Assembly (NCBI RefSeq): GCF_902459465.1
Contig: NC_047064.1
Span: 5,208,001 to 5,272,000 of the forward strand
DNA length: 64,000 nucleotides
Origin: Asterias rubens
Taxonomy: Eukaryota
Direction of reading: 5' to 3'
Positions within the stretch are counted from its first letter, which is position 1; each line of letters opens with the position of its first letter. The notes below the pieces were generated by a model. The model did not search any database, had not been told where the DNA came from, and worked only from the letters and a program-made list of their open reading frames with translations. The position numbers and the translations under genes were made by a program. Positions 1 to 13,232 of the stretch are shown in pieces.

Positions 1-262
1 CTCTGATGTTGGCAACAGCTGAGTGTGGGTTGGAATCCCGGTCATGACACTTGCGCCCTTGAGCAAGGCATTTTAACCATAATGCTTTCTGCTCTACCAG
101 CTAGGCTCCTAGTCGGTGATATCAATGTCCACGTCCTAAAAGGGTTTAACCTGTTTCAGCCCCAGGAGTAGGAGGCAAAGCACCCCAGGTGACAGTTAAT
201 TTTGGGCTGTCATCAGTTAAGTGTAGCCCTCACTTTGAAAGGGCCTTCCGGCCTTGTGATGT
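1..262 (+). mobile_element. Partial tRNA-derived SINE, 46534 family
   Basis: Shares gaatcccggtcatgacacttg...gagcaaggca...ttaaccat and cagccccagga with the full copy. Confidence 0.65.
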
Positions 263-418
263 TTAGGCATGTCATACAAAAAAGAGACTAGCGCAGATCA
301 CCACTGTATTCAACAATGTCAGAGCTTGATCTAACCTTTCCATTTGGTATGCTATGATGACCTCTGTTTACGCTCATGTTCTCAGGTGTCTTTAACTCTT
401 ACTTTTATTTGTACAGAT

Positions 419-974
419 GGGCCCAATTCCTTGGCTCTGCTTACCGTAAGCAAAGAACTGGCTGGAGCTTATGGAAGCAGGGGATTCCACGCTTTCGTCA
501 AGTGTTTTTCACGGGCAAGCATGGAAATTTTGCTTGTGCACGTGCATACCCCACGCTACTAGGCGTTCTCTGCCTACACGGCTAGCACATAAATTTGGCG
601 CTAGCACAGTAAGCGGAAAAGGTTATCGCAAGCGCTTAATTTGGCAGTAGGCAGAGCCATGAAATTGGGCCATGGTCTTATTAGTCGGTGATTCTTTTCT
701 GTGTCCTCAAATCCTATCCCCAAACTTCTGCAAAGATCGGGGCAAAATTTAACGGCTCTGCTCATCGTTGAGTACTGCGCTTACAATCTTCATTTTCATC
801 GAGTTTCTGCGCAAGCTGTGTAAGCGAAGAATGCCTAGTAGCGTGGAGTATGCACGCACACAAGCAAAAATTCCCTGTTAACCCGTGAGATTAAGTTTGA
901 TGAAGCACAGAGTTCCCTGCTTCCGTTAGTGCCGAATCTTTGCTTAGGGAAAGTAGAGCCATGAAATTGGGCCC
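419..974. mobile_element. Two oppositely oriented GGGCCCAATTTCAT-type MITEs (419-671, 739-974)
   Basis: TIR gggcccaatt...gcagagccatgaaattgggcc; further copies at 17530-17715 (partial) and 45929-46174 (complete). Confidence 0.75.
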
Positions 975-1232
975 TGTTCTATAAATCAACATTTTTGCAA
1001 CAACTCTGCAATGGTTCCAGAGAGAACCACTGTCAGCTATAAGAGGGATGGCGCTTCCAATCTCTCTCAGGACAAATTGACAATATCTTAATCTGATAAG
1101 CAAAATATTAACAGCACAGGGCACAATGGATTTTGCAATCCACCCTCTCCAGGACAGCAGCACTGTTATTAGGAGAGGACAACAATTCAACATTCAAGGT
1201 ATCAGTAATATCCACCTGAAAATAAAACTCAC

Positions 1233-1432
1233 TTTGACGCAGCTTTCCCTCCATGTAACTTTTCTACAAAGTTGAATAAGTCTGTCCCGATGTCGTTCAG
1301 CCTCTGGGCAGCACTGGATGCAGTGTCCATAGCTTCCTGGACCCTGGTTGAAATCTCTTCCATCTCGTTCTCAACGGCTGGTTTCGGCGTGATCTCTTCT
1401 TCATCTATGCTGTTGATGTAGGTGCTGAAAAA
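1233..1432 (-). CDS. Gene A exon (FFSTYINSIDEEE...HGGKAAS)
   Basis: Acceptor gaaatgtgtccag (phase 0); donor AA|GTGAGT overlaps the in-frame TGA at 1229-1231; lies in track ORF 1229..1510. Confidence 0.75.
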
Positions 1433-3239
1433 CTGGACACATTTCAAGAAAAAAAAATCAAGACATTTTACTAGACTGAGTATTTTTAAATTGTTGGGCA
1501 CAGAAAACACACACAGGGATATTTTCGGAAAGGTCGTGGCCGAGCGGTTAAGAGCACCGAATTCAAACTCTGGTGTTTCTGATCAGCAGAGTGTGGGCTC
1601 GAATCCCCAGTCGTGACACTTGTGTCCTTTAGCAAGACACTTAACCATTGCTTCATCCTTCGGATGGGACGTAAAGCCGTTGGTCCTATGTGTTGTGTAA
1701 CGTTATGTAAAAGAACATGCAAGTTCACTATTATTTATATAGTTTAATCTTAAGAGAATGTCTGCTCACATCATTGATCTGTGATAGTAGTTTCAGTCGC
1801 TGTCCGTTCTTGGTCTCGTATCCCACAATGAAGATGGTCACTTCTTGCTGGTACTTCCTCTTCAGTATCGTGTCCTTGATGATCTTCTCAAGCTCAATCT
1901 GAAAATAAGAAAACCATCAAAGCTACAATTAAAGACACTGGACACTATTGGAAACTGTCCAAGACCAGTCTTCTCACTTGCTGTATCTCAACATATGCAT
2001 AAAATAACAAACATATGAAAATTTGAGCTTAGTTGGTCATCGAAGTTGCGAGATAATAATGAAAGAAAAAACACCCCCTGTCACACGAAGTTGTGTGCTT
2101 TCAGGTGCTTGATTTCGAGACCTCAAAATCTAATTCTGAGGTCTCAAAATTAAATTTGTGGAAAGTACTTCTTTCTCGTAAACTAACTCACTTCAGAGGG
2201 AGCGGTTTCTCACAATGTTTAATACTATCAACAGCTCCCCATTACTCGCTAATACCAAGTAAGGTTTTATGCTAATAATTATTATGAGTAATTACCAGTG
2301 GACCGTTCCGGCTTTCCACTAAGCTCCGCCCACCGCACATGTGAGCAAGACACGTGTACGAGCACTCCAAATGACATTCTGCATGATTCTGCCGCGCGTG
2401 CCAAATTTACGCGCACGCATGACCGAGTTTGTCCGACCACAATCATTGCTGTGATTGGTCAAATGGGTGAACGCGCACAGTTTGATTGACAGGTCGGATC
2501 GGTCCATAGTGTCCACTGCCTTTAAGGTGAGGTTTGGGGTAGCACCATGTGTGCATCTCTTTTGACTAGTATTGGTTCTGAGAAGAACCTGTGAGTTGAA
2601 CCGGTGAGTTGTCAACCACCAGTTCTCATAAGAACCAACACTACTCGAAAGAGGTTTACACATGATGTTACCACAAACCTTCACCTAATTGTATTCATTC
2701 ACCATGCAAAGTTTCGAATCCAAGCTGCATTTTGTTTCTTTGATTTTGTTTTGTTCATTGATTCATCCATTGAAAGACGTTCAGGTAGTATGTAAGGTTT
2801 ACTGGTTCTGTGTGAACACTGATGTGTCATTCTGCTTTTTTATTTTACAACCCTAAGTGCCATGTCCACATGGCACATTTTTCAGGCAACTTGGAGGCAA
2901 CCACTTGCACTGTATGAAAATTGAACACCTCGGCAGCACAAGAGACATTCTACTAGCTAGCTGTAAACATACTATTCTCAAAAATATTATGAAAAAATTG
3001 AAATCCTCCAATATCCTCCTGTCCTATATCGCCGACTGATTAAAATTATCACCATTTACTCTTGCTTTTCTAGGCAGTCACAAACTGACAAATGAAACAG
3101 GTCGCTGTAACGTTGTTTTCCATAATTTCGTCTCATAATTCATCACTGCAATAACCTATCTTTCTAAAAGTTTGTATAATATACTCAGCGCCTTGAGTAC
3201 ATTGTTTGGTAGATACCTGTTCTACATGTAAGACTTCAA

Positions 3240-3279
<40 letters not shown>

Positions 3280-5836
3280 TTATTCGCCATAACAGTACAA
3301 AACAAAATACATTGACAACATTATACCCCAAGATGGGCAAGGGACAACAAAAGCAAATACATACTATGATCCGTAGATCTGTTGCCCCACATCTGGGGTA
3401 CACAATAAAATTAATATAGATTTAACATAATATAGTACACAAAGCAATAATAAAAGCAGAAAATTAAAAATCAATAGAAAATGCTAAATATATATTAAGA
3501 ATAAAAAATAAATTAAATTAAAAATAAATAAATAAGTAAAAATAACAGATGGGGTAAGGATAAACAATAAAGGGAAATAAATAAATAAATAAAACCTAAA
3601 CTTGTAGATAAATTAAAACGACTTAAAATATTGCACAAGTGATAGGGCTAAAGCTACTATTCAGTAGATTCATGAGGTTGACAGACAGAAAATCTAAGTG
3701 ATTTGAGAAAGCTGTGGAAGGGCAAGAGCAGTAGTGAATTACGAATGTTTTCTGGCAAACTAGACCAAAGTCTGGGAAAAAGATGAGGAGCAGATAAGTG
3801 CAGAGCATCGGTTCTAGCATACAGGTGTTTGAAGGTGAGAACATTAGGATATCTATGGTTGACAGAAATGATGTCTGCCACATCGCAGTGAATAAGGTTA
3901 AACTTACACTTAATGATAAAATACAAAACAGAAAAATTACGACGAATTGACAGAGACGACCAGTTGAGGGACTTAAGTCTATCGGGGTAGGACATCTCAC
4001 CCATCCTCTGCCCAAGAATAAACCGAGTAGCACGTTTTTGTACCCGTTCGAGGGCCTGAGTCTGGAGAGATGTATGAGGGAGCCAAGCTGGCATGCCATA
4101 TTCTAAAATTGGGAGAACTAGGGATTTATAAAGACAGAACTTAGCCGAAACAGAAGAATTGAAAGCAATGGTCTTAATAAGGCCCAATGTTCTATTGGCA
4201 CTTGAAACAACATTTTTTACATGGTTATTCCAAGAGAGCTGAGCATTCAGAGTGACTCCAAGGTATTTGACAGAGGATGTGGGTTGCACAGGAAAACCTG
4301 AAAGAGTGTAAACAGGGGGGTCGAGAGAGTGTTTACGGGAAATATGCATGATTTTGGACTTTGTAGGGTTGAACGTCATACCATTGGAAACACTCCAAGT
4401 GCTTAGCTCATCGAGGTCATGCTGGAGGGAACTTACATCTAAACAGGAACGGATTGGACGATAAATTAATACATCATCAGCGAAAAGAACACAGTTAGAA
4501 CTGAGGTTGTAAGATATATCATTGATGAATAAATTGAATAACAGAGGCCCAAGAACGCTTCCTTGAGGAACACCAGAGCTAACTACGGACCATGAGGTCC
4601 TCCTATCCCACAAAATTAATATTTTCTTTTAAAATACAACAATTACCAATGATGTAATTTCACTTTTTACCACAGAAAGGGATTTTTTACAAGTTTCACC
4701 TTTTGAAACCTTGGTCAGTATTTGGGTGAATGTTTTCAAGTCCTATGGAATGAACTCTACCCAAGACCAAACTTTTGAAAACAAGATAGTAATTGCATGA
4801 TTTTGTGTAGAGCTCCCAGTGCTAACATTATTAAATGTGCCCACTTCCATCATAGTTTGTTGTCTTCTTACCAAGTCAGGAACAAAGAATGCAGCCTTGT
4901 TGTCATTCATTAACTTCTCATCCAGTTCAAAAGCTGCCATTGCCTGTGAAAAAAACCCATCATCAACAGATTTAAACACATTGTTTTTAAATGAATACCT
5001 CGTTTAAAAAAAGTTTCACACGTACACAATGACAACAAAGAAAGGAATGCAAGCAAGGCAGGATATATTTTGGTAATTGTCAAAGACCAGTATCCTCACT
5101 TGGTGTGTCCCAACATATGCATAAAATAACAAACCTGTGAAAATTTGGGTTCAATTGGTCATCGAGGTTGCAAAAAAATAATGGGGAAAAACATCCTTGT
5201 TGCATAGAATTGAATGTTTTCAGATGCCTGAGCCTGAAGCTTTTCACAGATTAAATTTTGTGTGTGAAAAATTTCCCCTTTCTCTTAAACTTCATCATTA
5301 TAAGTGTGTAGTTTCTAACAATGTTTTACAATTTCAACAGCTCTAAAGTGCTCTGTAAGCAAGTTTTTTGGTTATTGCAACTTAAACTGCCTTTGTTATC
5401 AACCACTGAAAGCACTATACTTATATTTGTGGCAAGAAAATAGTATCATCTGCTTTATCGGTCATTTTAAAACCACACACCAGCACCTCAGAAGTAAGTT
5501 TGCCTAAGGTTGCCATTACTCGCCGACGGTAGCGGCGCACAACTCATCCACTCAAAATTGTTGCCGAGTGTGGGCAAACTTTAGTTACGTTTGCGCACAC
5601 TTGCCAACAAGTAGAATGCACCCCTGAACTCACTGATGAAGTCTTACCTGTTCAACTCTGTCAGTGATCTTAACCAGTTGTTCTTTGGTCTCCTCTGTCC
5701 GTCGCTCCGACTGGGCTTTGAGTGTCTTCTCGATGACCACCTGGGCTGGGGCATCCCCTCTATCCATCATGGTGACAGACCCCCACTTTGTAGAGGTCCT
5801 CTCTATGGGGACGACATCACTTTTGTTATCCATCTT
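1233..5836 (-). CDS. Multi-exon gene A (4 coding exons seen; probably continues to the left), predicted helical/coiled-coil protein with a tentative recalled resemblance to the FAM186 N-terminus
   Basis: Exons 5836-5648, 4943-4872, 1898-1770 and 1432-1233 join in phase (0,0,0; last donor phase 2) with canonical AG/GT sites and no stops. Product: KMDNKSDVV...DRVEQ|AMAAFELD...VPDL|IELEKII...SQIND|FFSTYIN...GKAAS. The family resemblance is from memory only. Confidence 0.75.
1527..1716 (+). mobile_element. tRNA-derived SINE (same head as 46534, different 3' part)
   Basis: gtggccgagcggttaagagcaccgaattcaaactctgg...cgaatcccc...gacacttgtgtcc. Confidence 0.8.
1770..1898 (-). CDS. Gene A exon (IELEKIIKD...LLSQIND)
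   Basis: Acceptor ttcttattttcag, donor GAT|GTGAGC, 129 nt; only the phase-0 frame is open. Confidence 0.8.
1929..2525. mobile_element. TTAA-flanked Kolobok-like MITE (family K1) with nested ~208-bp MITE at 2299-2506
   Basis: TTAA|AGACACTGGACACTATTGG...GTGTCCACTGCCT|TTAA; nested TIR tggaccgttccg / cggatcggtcca. Confidence 0.8.
3186..3281 (+). mobile_element. L2-type 3' terminal remnant ending in (TAT)n
   Basis: cagcgccttgag...tattattatt layout matches the L2/SINE tails at 27200-27280 and 46825-46895. Confidence 0.5.
3241..4617 (-). mobile_element. 5'-truncated CR1-clade LINE (RT C-terminal half intact, 3' UTR, (AAT)n tail)
   Basis: ORF 3657..4613: GVPQGSVLGPLLFNLFIND, LFADD, KYLGV, YKSLVLPILEYG, LERVQKRATRFI, LWSSLP. 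AT-rich 3' UTR ends in (ATT)n at 3241-3281. Confidence 0.93.
4872..4943 (-). CDS. Gene A exon (AMAAFELDEKLMNDNKAAFFVPDL)
   Basis: Acceptor ttttttcacag, donor TTG|GTAAGA, 72 nt, phase 0-0. Confidence 0.7.
5648..5836 (-). CDS. Gene A exon with probable start ATG at 5833 (KMDNKS...DRVEQ)
   Basis: Acceptor ctaactgtag, donor CAG|GTAAGA, 189 nt (63 codons); ATG in AAGATGG context. Confidence 0.8.
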
Positions 5837-6662
5837 CTACAGTTAGTGGCATCCAGGGTTCAGCAGGGATGCATTTTTAGTTGATAAAACCAGGCCTTTA
5901 GGAGGGGGGAAAAAGAGAGAAAAAATTATTTAACTATATAGTAGACCGGAATCTTTTACAGACCTTAAGTTTAATTGTAGAAGGGGAAAGGTCAATTTTC
6001 ATCTGATAATAAGCCTACTCGCAATTGCAGCTGCACCTGTCTTTTACTGGTGACAATGGAATTTGTATATCTCCCGTGCAAAAGGTCACGGGAGAGAAAC
6101 AAATTGCGTTTTTAGCAGTAACAGACAGGCGCAGCTGCAATTGCGAATTAGGCTTATGGGTACTGCTATGAGGAAAGTTTGAATTTGTAATGGAACTTTG
6201 CAAAGGGTACCACAGCAAAAGCCCTTAGCACCACGGCAATCTATACTATACATAAAGGATGTCCTGTAAGCTGTATCTTGAAAGCACTGGCTAGCCCCAT
6301 AAAATCGAAGGGGGTCCAGCGTATTGGTAATATTTTGTTTACATTTCATTTACGTTGGAAACTCAGCAGGATCCTGGCTTAACTTAAGCATGGAGACTTA
6401 AGTGAGGACGCAAAGCCAAGGGTGCTCGATTGTCGAGTGCAGATCGGACACTATTTAATACGGGTTTCATTTATTGGTTAGTGTTCTGGAAGCTAGACGT
6501 TACACTAACATGACTAACCCCAGTAACTGGGGCGCTGTACTATGTTTTATTCCAGAAATGTTGACCAACGGAATGACCGCAGATGTCAACATAAAAAAAA
6601 AACAATAAAAAAAACAGAGTACAGTAAACTCTATTTTTAGAGCCAGTGCTGGCATTATTTCA

Positions 6663-7230
6663 GAAAAGTTTCCGTATGGCGCCACCACTTTTTCATTCGA
6701 TATGATATAATATAGTATCTAATTTACCTCAATGATATATCCCTTTTTTGTAAAAATGAGTGAAAAAGTGGTGGCGCCATACGGAAAGTTATCAATTATT
6801 TCAACTGACACCGCCTTTACCCTAGACAAACGAAGATGCAGGTCCACATTATTATAAAAATGAGTACAGAAACAGAGGGATGGAGAGCCCCAGTTACTGC
6901 TAAATGAAATAGCCCCCCACTGTCAGTGTCACCGACTGAATGAAGTGAGTTGACACACATTCCTCCATGACCATGGACCATGGCATGGTTGACAGTGAGT
7001 ACATACTACATGATCTAGAAACTAAAGGCTCCAGCTTTATTTTATAGTTTCTAGATAGAAGTAGGTTGACAGCACCTTTGTTGAAAGTTAACCTGCCTGG
7101 AAAAGTTTCCGTATGGCGCCACCACTTTTTCATTCGATATGAAATAATATAGTATCTAATTTACCACATTGAGATATCCCTTTTTGTAAAAATGAGTGAA
7201 AAGGTGGTGGCGCCATACGGAAAGTTATCC
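6663..7230. mobile_element. Two ~130-bp MITEs (6663-6792, 7100-7230); third copy inverted at 16980-17108
   Basis: TIR aaagtttccgtatggcgccaccactttt / aaaagtggtggcgccatacggaaagtt with near-identical internal sequence. Confidence 0.8.
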
Positions 7231-10062
7231 CTTCCACTTATTGGGAACGGTGTCACATAATATCTGAACATAATAATATGAATATGATAAATCAAATAAT
7301 TTGTCAGGTGCGTTCCACGACATTTTTAATGCAGAAATGCACTCATCGTCATGGAGGCAGCAGATTGCAGCACATATCCCCTTGTCACAACATAAAGAAA
7401 GGTACGAAAAGAATCAAACCTACTTACAAAACATCTTTTATCCAACCACCTGAAAACACATAATGTTAAACTTCGATAGTTTCACCACTGTTGCTCCAAA
7501 GCACTCCAAGATTGGTGGGGATGAATTACTTAGGTCGTAAACACGCACATGACGAATAAGTATCCGAAGTTAATATTCCATGCGTCCTTAGTAATCATTC
7601 AACTTCACCCAGTCTTTCCAGTGTATCAATATTTTATAGCAGCAGCGACTTTATTCTTCTAAAATCAACTTGTACAAAAGTAACATTATACTTCTTTTAT
7701 TAGTGGAACCATATAGAGCAAGTGTGGAACTCAATAAAATTGTGTCATAATAAAATAACATAAAAAGACGACATAAGTGAAGGGGAAAAAGAGCAACATT
7801 TTTTTTATGAGATTCGAAGCGACCCTTTATAAAGTTACATAAAACTTTGGTGAAATAATGTATTGTGTGAAAGTCAATCTGACCGGGGACCGCCAGCAAT
7901 TGTATTTCCTGCTGTTTAGAATTGCCATCCTCAAAAAGTGTCCTGATTTTTTTTTAAGGGTTCCCTTTTTTAATCGATTGATTTTTTTATTTTTTTTTCA
8001 ATTGAAAGTTACAGGATTGAACAAAATAATGTGGACCCCCCAGGAGTGACATAAACCGACTGACTGGTTGACTGGGTTGAGTTTAATGTAGCGCAAACGG
8101 TGACCATCACTTCGGATACTAATTCGTGTTCATCCATTGCTCACCACACTAGTTTATTCATGGCAGCCACAACATGTACTTCCTGAAAACTATTATTGAT
8201 TGGTCACCTGACCACTGGTTGCTAAGTACACATTTGTATGGTGCTCACTGCGAACAAAAGATTTGCTGTGAGTTTTCTGCAAGTAACCTTTTAGAGAATT
8301 GATCTGTTTTACCTTGGTATGTGACAGTAATGTATGTCATAGGATAAACTTATTACTCGGAGATCCAAGAAATCGATGAATCTTCCATTAAATAATAGTT
8401 TGGAGGTTAACCCAATCAGTACCGGGCGTTTCTTGATGGGCAGGAACATAGCGCCACCCCTCCATATTTTCGTTCTCTAACGATTTTTATGAAACTTGCA
8501 AATTATTTTTATTTCACCAAGTTCCACAAGATGCGTTTTGTATTCGCCACAAGATGAATTATTTTAATGCTTTTTCCATATCGGTTATAAAAATCGTCCC
8601 CATGTTTTGTCAAAATGCTGTTAAACTTGGTAAAATTGTTTATTTTTATATTATGGCTATATTTTGGTACATGGGTTACCGTAGGGTGCTAAAAATCGTT
8701 TCATTCCATTCTTGGGGGAATCGCTTAAAACTCTGTCGGGCCTCATGGTAAGAAACGGTGCCATGGAAACAGCTGACCCCTCGGATACAATTTTTGTTTT
8801 TCACATCTATGACCCCTATTGGGAAAAGTCACATGGTCTAATCATGGAGGTAGAAATGGTCTAATACATCATGCAGCAATAAGAGGTTGCGGTAAAAATG
8901 AGGGGGGGGGGATTGTCAGTGTCACTCCCTCCCATTTAGAATGAAGTTTCAATCGTGTCCATCTTTTTCTATGATCGTGTCGAAAGAACGCCCCCAACGA
9001 GTGGAGTGCGCAGTTGGCAATTAACCAAACACTTTGGCACAATATTTTAACGTTGACTACGTCAACGTTTCTGTATTGTTTGTTTGAAAACGTGACCGGA
9101 ATTATCAAGCTGCCACTTTTCCCCCGAGCACTCGTTTCGCAAAGATCATTATTTCCGTCGCAAGAAAAAAATCTGGATTTTATTTCAAAACCGGAATAAC
9201 CCGCTTCCCGAGTTGTTTTCCCAAGTCTGAAAATGTCTCGCAAAATTCATTATCTTTATCAATAGAAAAACCTAACACATGAAAAATAATACTGCCTTAA
9301 TAATATTTACCGAACATTTTTATCAAAATAATTAATTGTAACATTGTTTTTATACTGACCTTTTCGTTAATTTGTTGTACCATTTGCTTTTTTTTCTTGT
9401 TCAGTTGTGGCTTTTTCAAAATGTTTTTAATTGTTGTTGAGGAAAGCATTTTATTAAACCATTTTGTATCATCTTTTATATATAGGCCTAGTGATGACTC
9501 ATCCAATGTTTATGTCAAAATGGATTAAATTCACCCGGTAATTACAATAACCGACCTGCCCATTCTGCAATTAAACCAATGCACTAATGACAACGGTATC
9601 GTATGAGCTCATTCGCTACTACTGCATCCAGGGTTCTGAAATTGCCCTGCCAATCAAACTGCGCGCATAATTTTTTTTCTGGAATTCCAAGGATTTTATT
9701 ACGCGGCAATCAAATAAATCTGCATAATGGGAGGCCAACGCCTACTATTATGAGTAATGTGGACGTAAGAATCAGTAAGTTGGTCGTCTCTACATTTTTA
9801 TTGTTTATTCATGCACCAAAGTAGTTTTTTTTAAACAACTGGGAAATTAATGTGAACGAATGAATTGCTGATGGGTATTGTTAACTTGATAATGCGTTGT
9901 ATCCTTTAAACTCTTTCGGGTCAGAACTTGACCCGGCCGGAATCGGATCTCGTGATGGGGCCTGGCATGCTGACTCGATATGGAATCTGTTACAAAATGA
10001 CCCATAAATTGGTCAAAATAACGCTGAAAGTACAAATTAATACCAATTATATGGCCTTCCGT

Positions 10063-10445
10063 TTAAAGGCAGTGGACACATTGGTAATTACTCAAAATAA
10101 TTATCAGCATAAAACCTCACTTGCTAACGAGTAATGGATAGAGGTTGATAGTATAAAACATTGTGAGAAACGGCTCCCTCTGAAGTGGAGTAGTTTTCGA
10201 GAAAGAAGTAATTTTCCACTAATTTGATTTCGAGACCTCAAGTTTAGAATTTGAGGTCTCGAAATCAAGCATCTGAAAGCACCCAACTTCGTGTGACAAG
10301 GTTTTTTTCTTTCATAGTTATCTCGCAACTTCAATGACCAATCAAGCTCAAATTTTCACAGGTTTGTTGTTTTATGCATATGTTGAGATACAACAAGTGA
10401 GAAGACTGGTCTTTGACATTTACCAATAGTGTCCACTGTCTTTAA
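10063..10445. mobile_element. Kolobok-like MITE family K1
   Basis: TTAA|AGGCAGTGGACAC...GTGTCCACTGTCT|TTAA; internal gatttcgagacctc/gaggtctcgaaatc palindrome. Confidence 0.85.
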
Positions 10446-13232
10446 CCCTTTTTAACGTTGCTATAAATATATTATATAAAAAAAGTGTTATTTTCTTGTA
10501 TTTTGTATATTGTGACTTTCGGGATCAGCCTGCACGCTAAAAAGAAAGTAGGCCATCCTGTGACATGTCTCTTTTAGATAAGCAGTTTATACTTTGTCCA
10601 GTGTGGCTCAACCAGCTGCTTTGTGGATTTAAAAATTGAAATTAAACATTGAGACTGAAAATCTCAATATTTTGTGGAAAGAATTTTTAAATTAAAAATT
10701 TAGATTGAAAGTAAAGATGTACAAATTGCCCCGAACGCATGGCAGGTGGAATTATCAGAGAAACAGCTTTTGTGTGTTTCTCGGAAATAGGTCTTCAATA
10801 TTATTACGTGATCTTCCGGGAAAATGAAGGCCGGGGACTTCAACGTTTGATAAACTGCTTCCGTTACAGGCGCCCCATGAGGGATCGGCATGGGTATGTT
10901 TGTTAACATGATTGTCCTTGACTCCTCACTTTTTTTGCCGTACTTTCTTTGACGGGAAATGTTAGGCCCTAATCTATGTAATCGCAACCACAACACTGAA
11001 GTTACTCAAGCATTAAGGTTTGCAATGAATTCTTTGAATTAACAAGTATATCAATCACAATACGTTTTGTTACTCTAGCAAATCACTGTACAGTATTAAA
11101 TGATGAATACTTATTATTGTCAAATTACATGTACCCATTTTCTTGTAAAAGTGACATATGCCGGAAAGTGAACAAGGCAACAAAATACATCAACCGTGGT
11201 ATTGAAAGAGAGACAACCAGGAGGGGGCTCTATTATTACACTTCTACTTTGTAGGCCTATTATGAACAGACTAAAATACAAATATGAAATGATCGTCGGA
11301 ATGCAATGTCGCACTGGTGAAAAACCACAAGGGAAAACCCATCGAGATCACTCTTAGGTACTGAAAACCTAAATCAACAGACGGCAGACTGAGTTGGATT
11401 CGAACCGCGGTCCACTGTGGGGATGTGTGTGAAGGGCAGATGGAATAGTAAGACGAGAATGACTACAGAGAGAAATAAATTCTCGGACATGGAGGAAGGC
11501 AGACTGTAGTGTTGGGAAAATGGCAATGAAGACACTTATGAACGACTGAACCGGGACTGACCCACATAGTCCAATAAATTATTCAACTTTAACAGGCTTG
11601 TTGTGGGACTCAAAACGTAATTTCCCAATAAAAGTAACTCTTATTATTAGGCTACCATGCAGGCAGGGCGGATCAACTTGTTACATGGTTAGATCAAGCG
11701 CGGCTTCGAAAAAAGGGAATTCGATGAGTCAACCAAAAATGAACATCTACCGGTTGTCCACAACATTCCAACGGTACATCACACTGAAAATAATAGAGGG
11801 CTTTTGTTGAAAAACCCAAATCCTTTTTCAGTGGAAACTGCTGCTGCTTCGCAGCGTCTTTGTGCGATTGCATAATCTGAAGTGGTAAACACGACCGTAG
11901 CCCAGTGCAATACGAGGAGGGTATGTAGGGTACCAGTGTTCATAGGAAATGATGTTTACGAGGTATAGAGCGTTTTCGAATCGAAGGCTCAGGCTCAGGC
12001 TTGGGCTTCAGACTGATGCAGCCATTTTGAAGCCGCGTACGAATCGGAGGCTCCGGATCGGGCTTCGAATTTGAGGCTTCGATTTTGGCTGAAAACGCCA
12101 GGCGAAGCCTCCTCAAGAGGTGGCTTCGCCAGGCTTCATGACGTCAGATTCGTGATGATAAATCTTTTTCTTGCGGCAGCCATTAAAATCCTCGGTTACC
12201 GTTCAATAAAATTGACAAATTTGGCTCTTTTGATTGTGTTTTACTATTAATAACAACAGTCTTCACCTGATATATCACCCATGAGAAGGCGAACAATTTG
12301 CATCAATGATATTAAGGTAAGTTTTGATATATAATGTAAATTTTTATGATAATTTACTTCGCGTTAAAAATGACGTGTGCCCATAACCTTAGTGCTGCAT
12401 CTAATTCGTGAAAATTGTCTTTTGGTTTTATTCTCAACATTTACTGATGAAGATAAGCTACATTCGGGAATTATTTGACAGGATAATATTTGTGAAAGTA
12501 GGGCCTGTCTTCTTAACTTGGTTATGGTTTATTTTTCGTTGGCAGAAAATTAAAATTCCTTGTCTGCTGATTAAAAACGACAGTTGTTTATTATTTTTTA
12601 TAATCCCAAGGCTGAGAGCTGGATAGTGATATTATTAGTTATACATCTTGCGGTTTCGTTTAAGCTGAACCGATTATTTTATATAAACATTACATTGAAC
12701 ACTCTTGTTACTTATGAATAATATTTCGCTTTGTTCCTTTTTTCAAGAATGTTTTTGTTGTAGGCCTACTTTTTTAATAATAATATTTCATATTGTTTAC
12801 TTCTGACTGATGTACCGGGTAGTAATTTATTTGAGTTTTCTGAAGGGAAATACATTTCTTGGCAACTAAAAAAAAAGGTTACATGATTACATAAATTTAA
12901 ATATTAGCCATGAATGAATGAATGATGATACATGTACACCTGCATCAACTTATCAAGCAGAGGCTATATGGGTTGGGTGTTGAGATGGGGGGGGGGGGGG
13001 GGACTTTGCTAGAAAAACACCTTTTGCTTGTGGATTAAGGATTCCAACTTTTTTGTAGAAGAGGACTGGCATTCATCAACATTCTTACTTGTATTAACTT
13101 TCATTGTACAATGTAGAGTTGGAAGAGTGACTTTGGTGTGAGGAAAACCACCCGGCCGAGGTTCAAGTCTAATAGGGGCAAAAGGATACTTGAACACTGC
13201 CCATATCTGTCAGGTACGGTATGAATCACAAA

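Noticed and set aside
1216-1232. Acceptor-like ttttattttcag right after the 1233 donor
   Set aside because: Would define a 17-nt intron, too short for the spliceosome.
1527-1620. tRNA gene call for A/B-box-containing heads (also 46534 and 38670)
   Set aside because: No complete cloverleaf or acceptor stem and no oligo-T terminator; they continue into SINE bodies.
2700-2830. Possible extra gene A exon (...LPERLSMDESMNKTKSKKQNAAWIRNFA)
   Set aside because: The only donor (TG|GTGAAT) is phase 2 and cannot join the phase-0 exon at 1898; reading on hits TGA. It is left out of the model but worth checking in RNA-seq.
3623-4099. 158-aa alternate-frame ORF in the LINE
   Set aside because: Overlaps the RT ORF in another frame and has no domain features.
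10700-10996. 98-aa minus-strand ORF upstream of gene A
   Set aside because: No recognisable motif and no convincing donor to link it to 5836; it may be a UTR or transposon relic.
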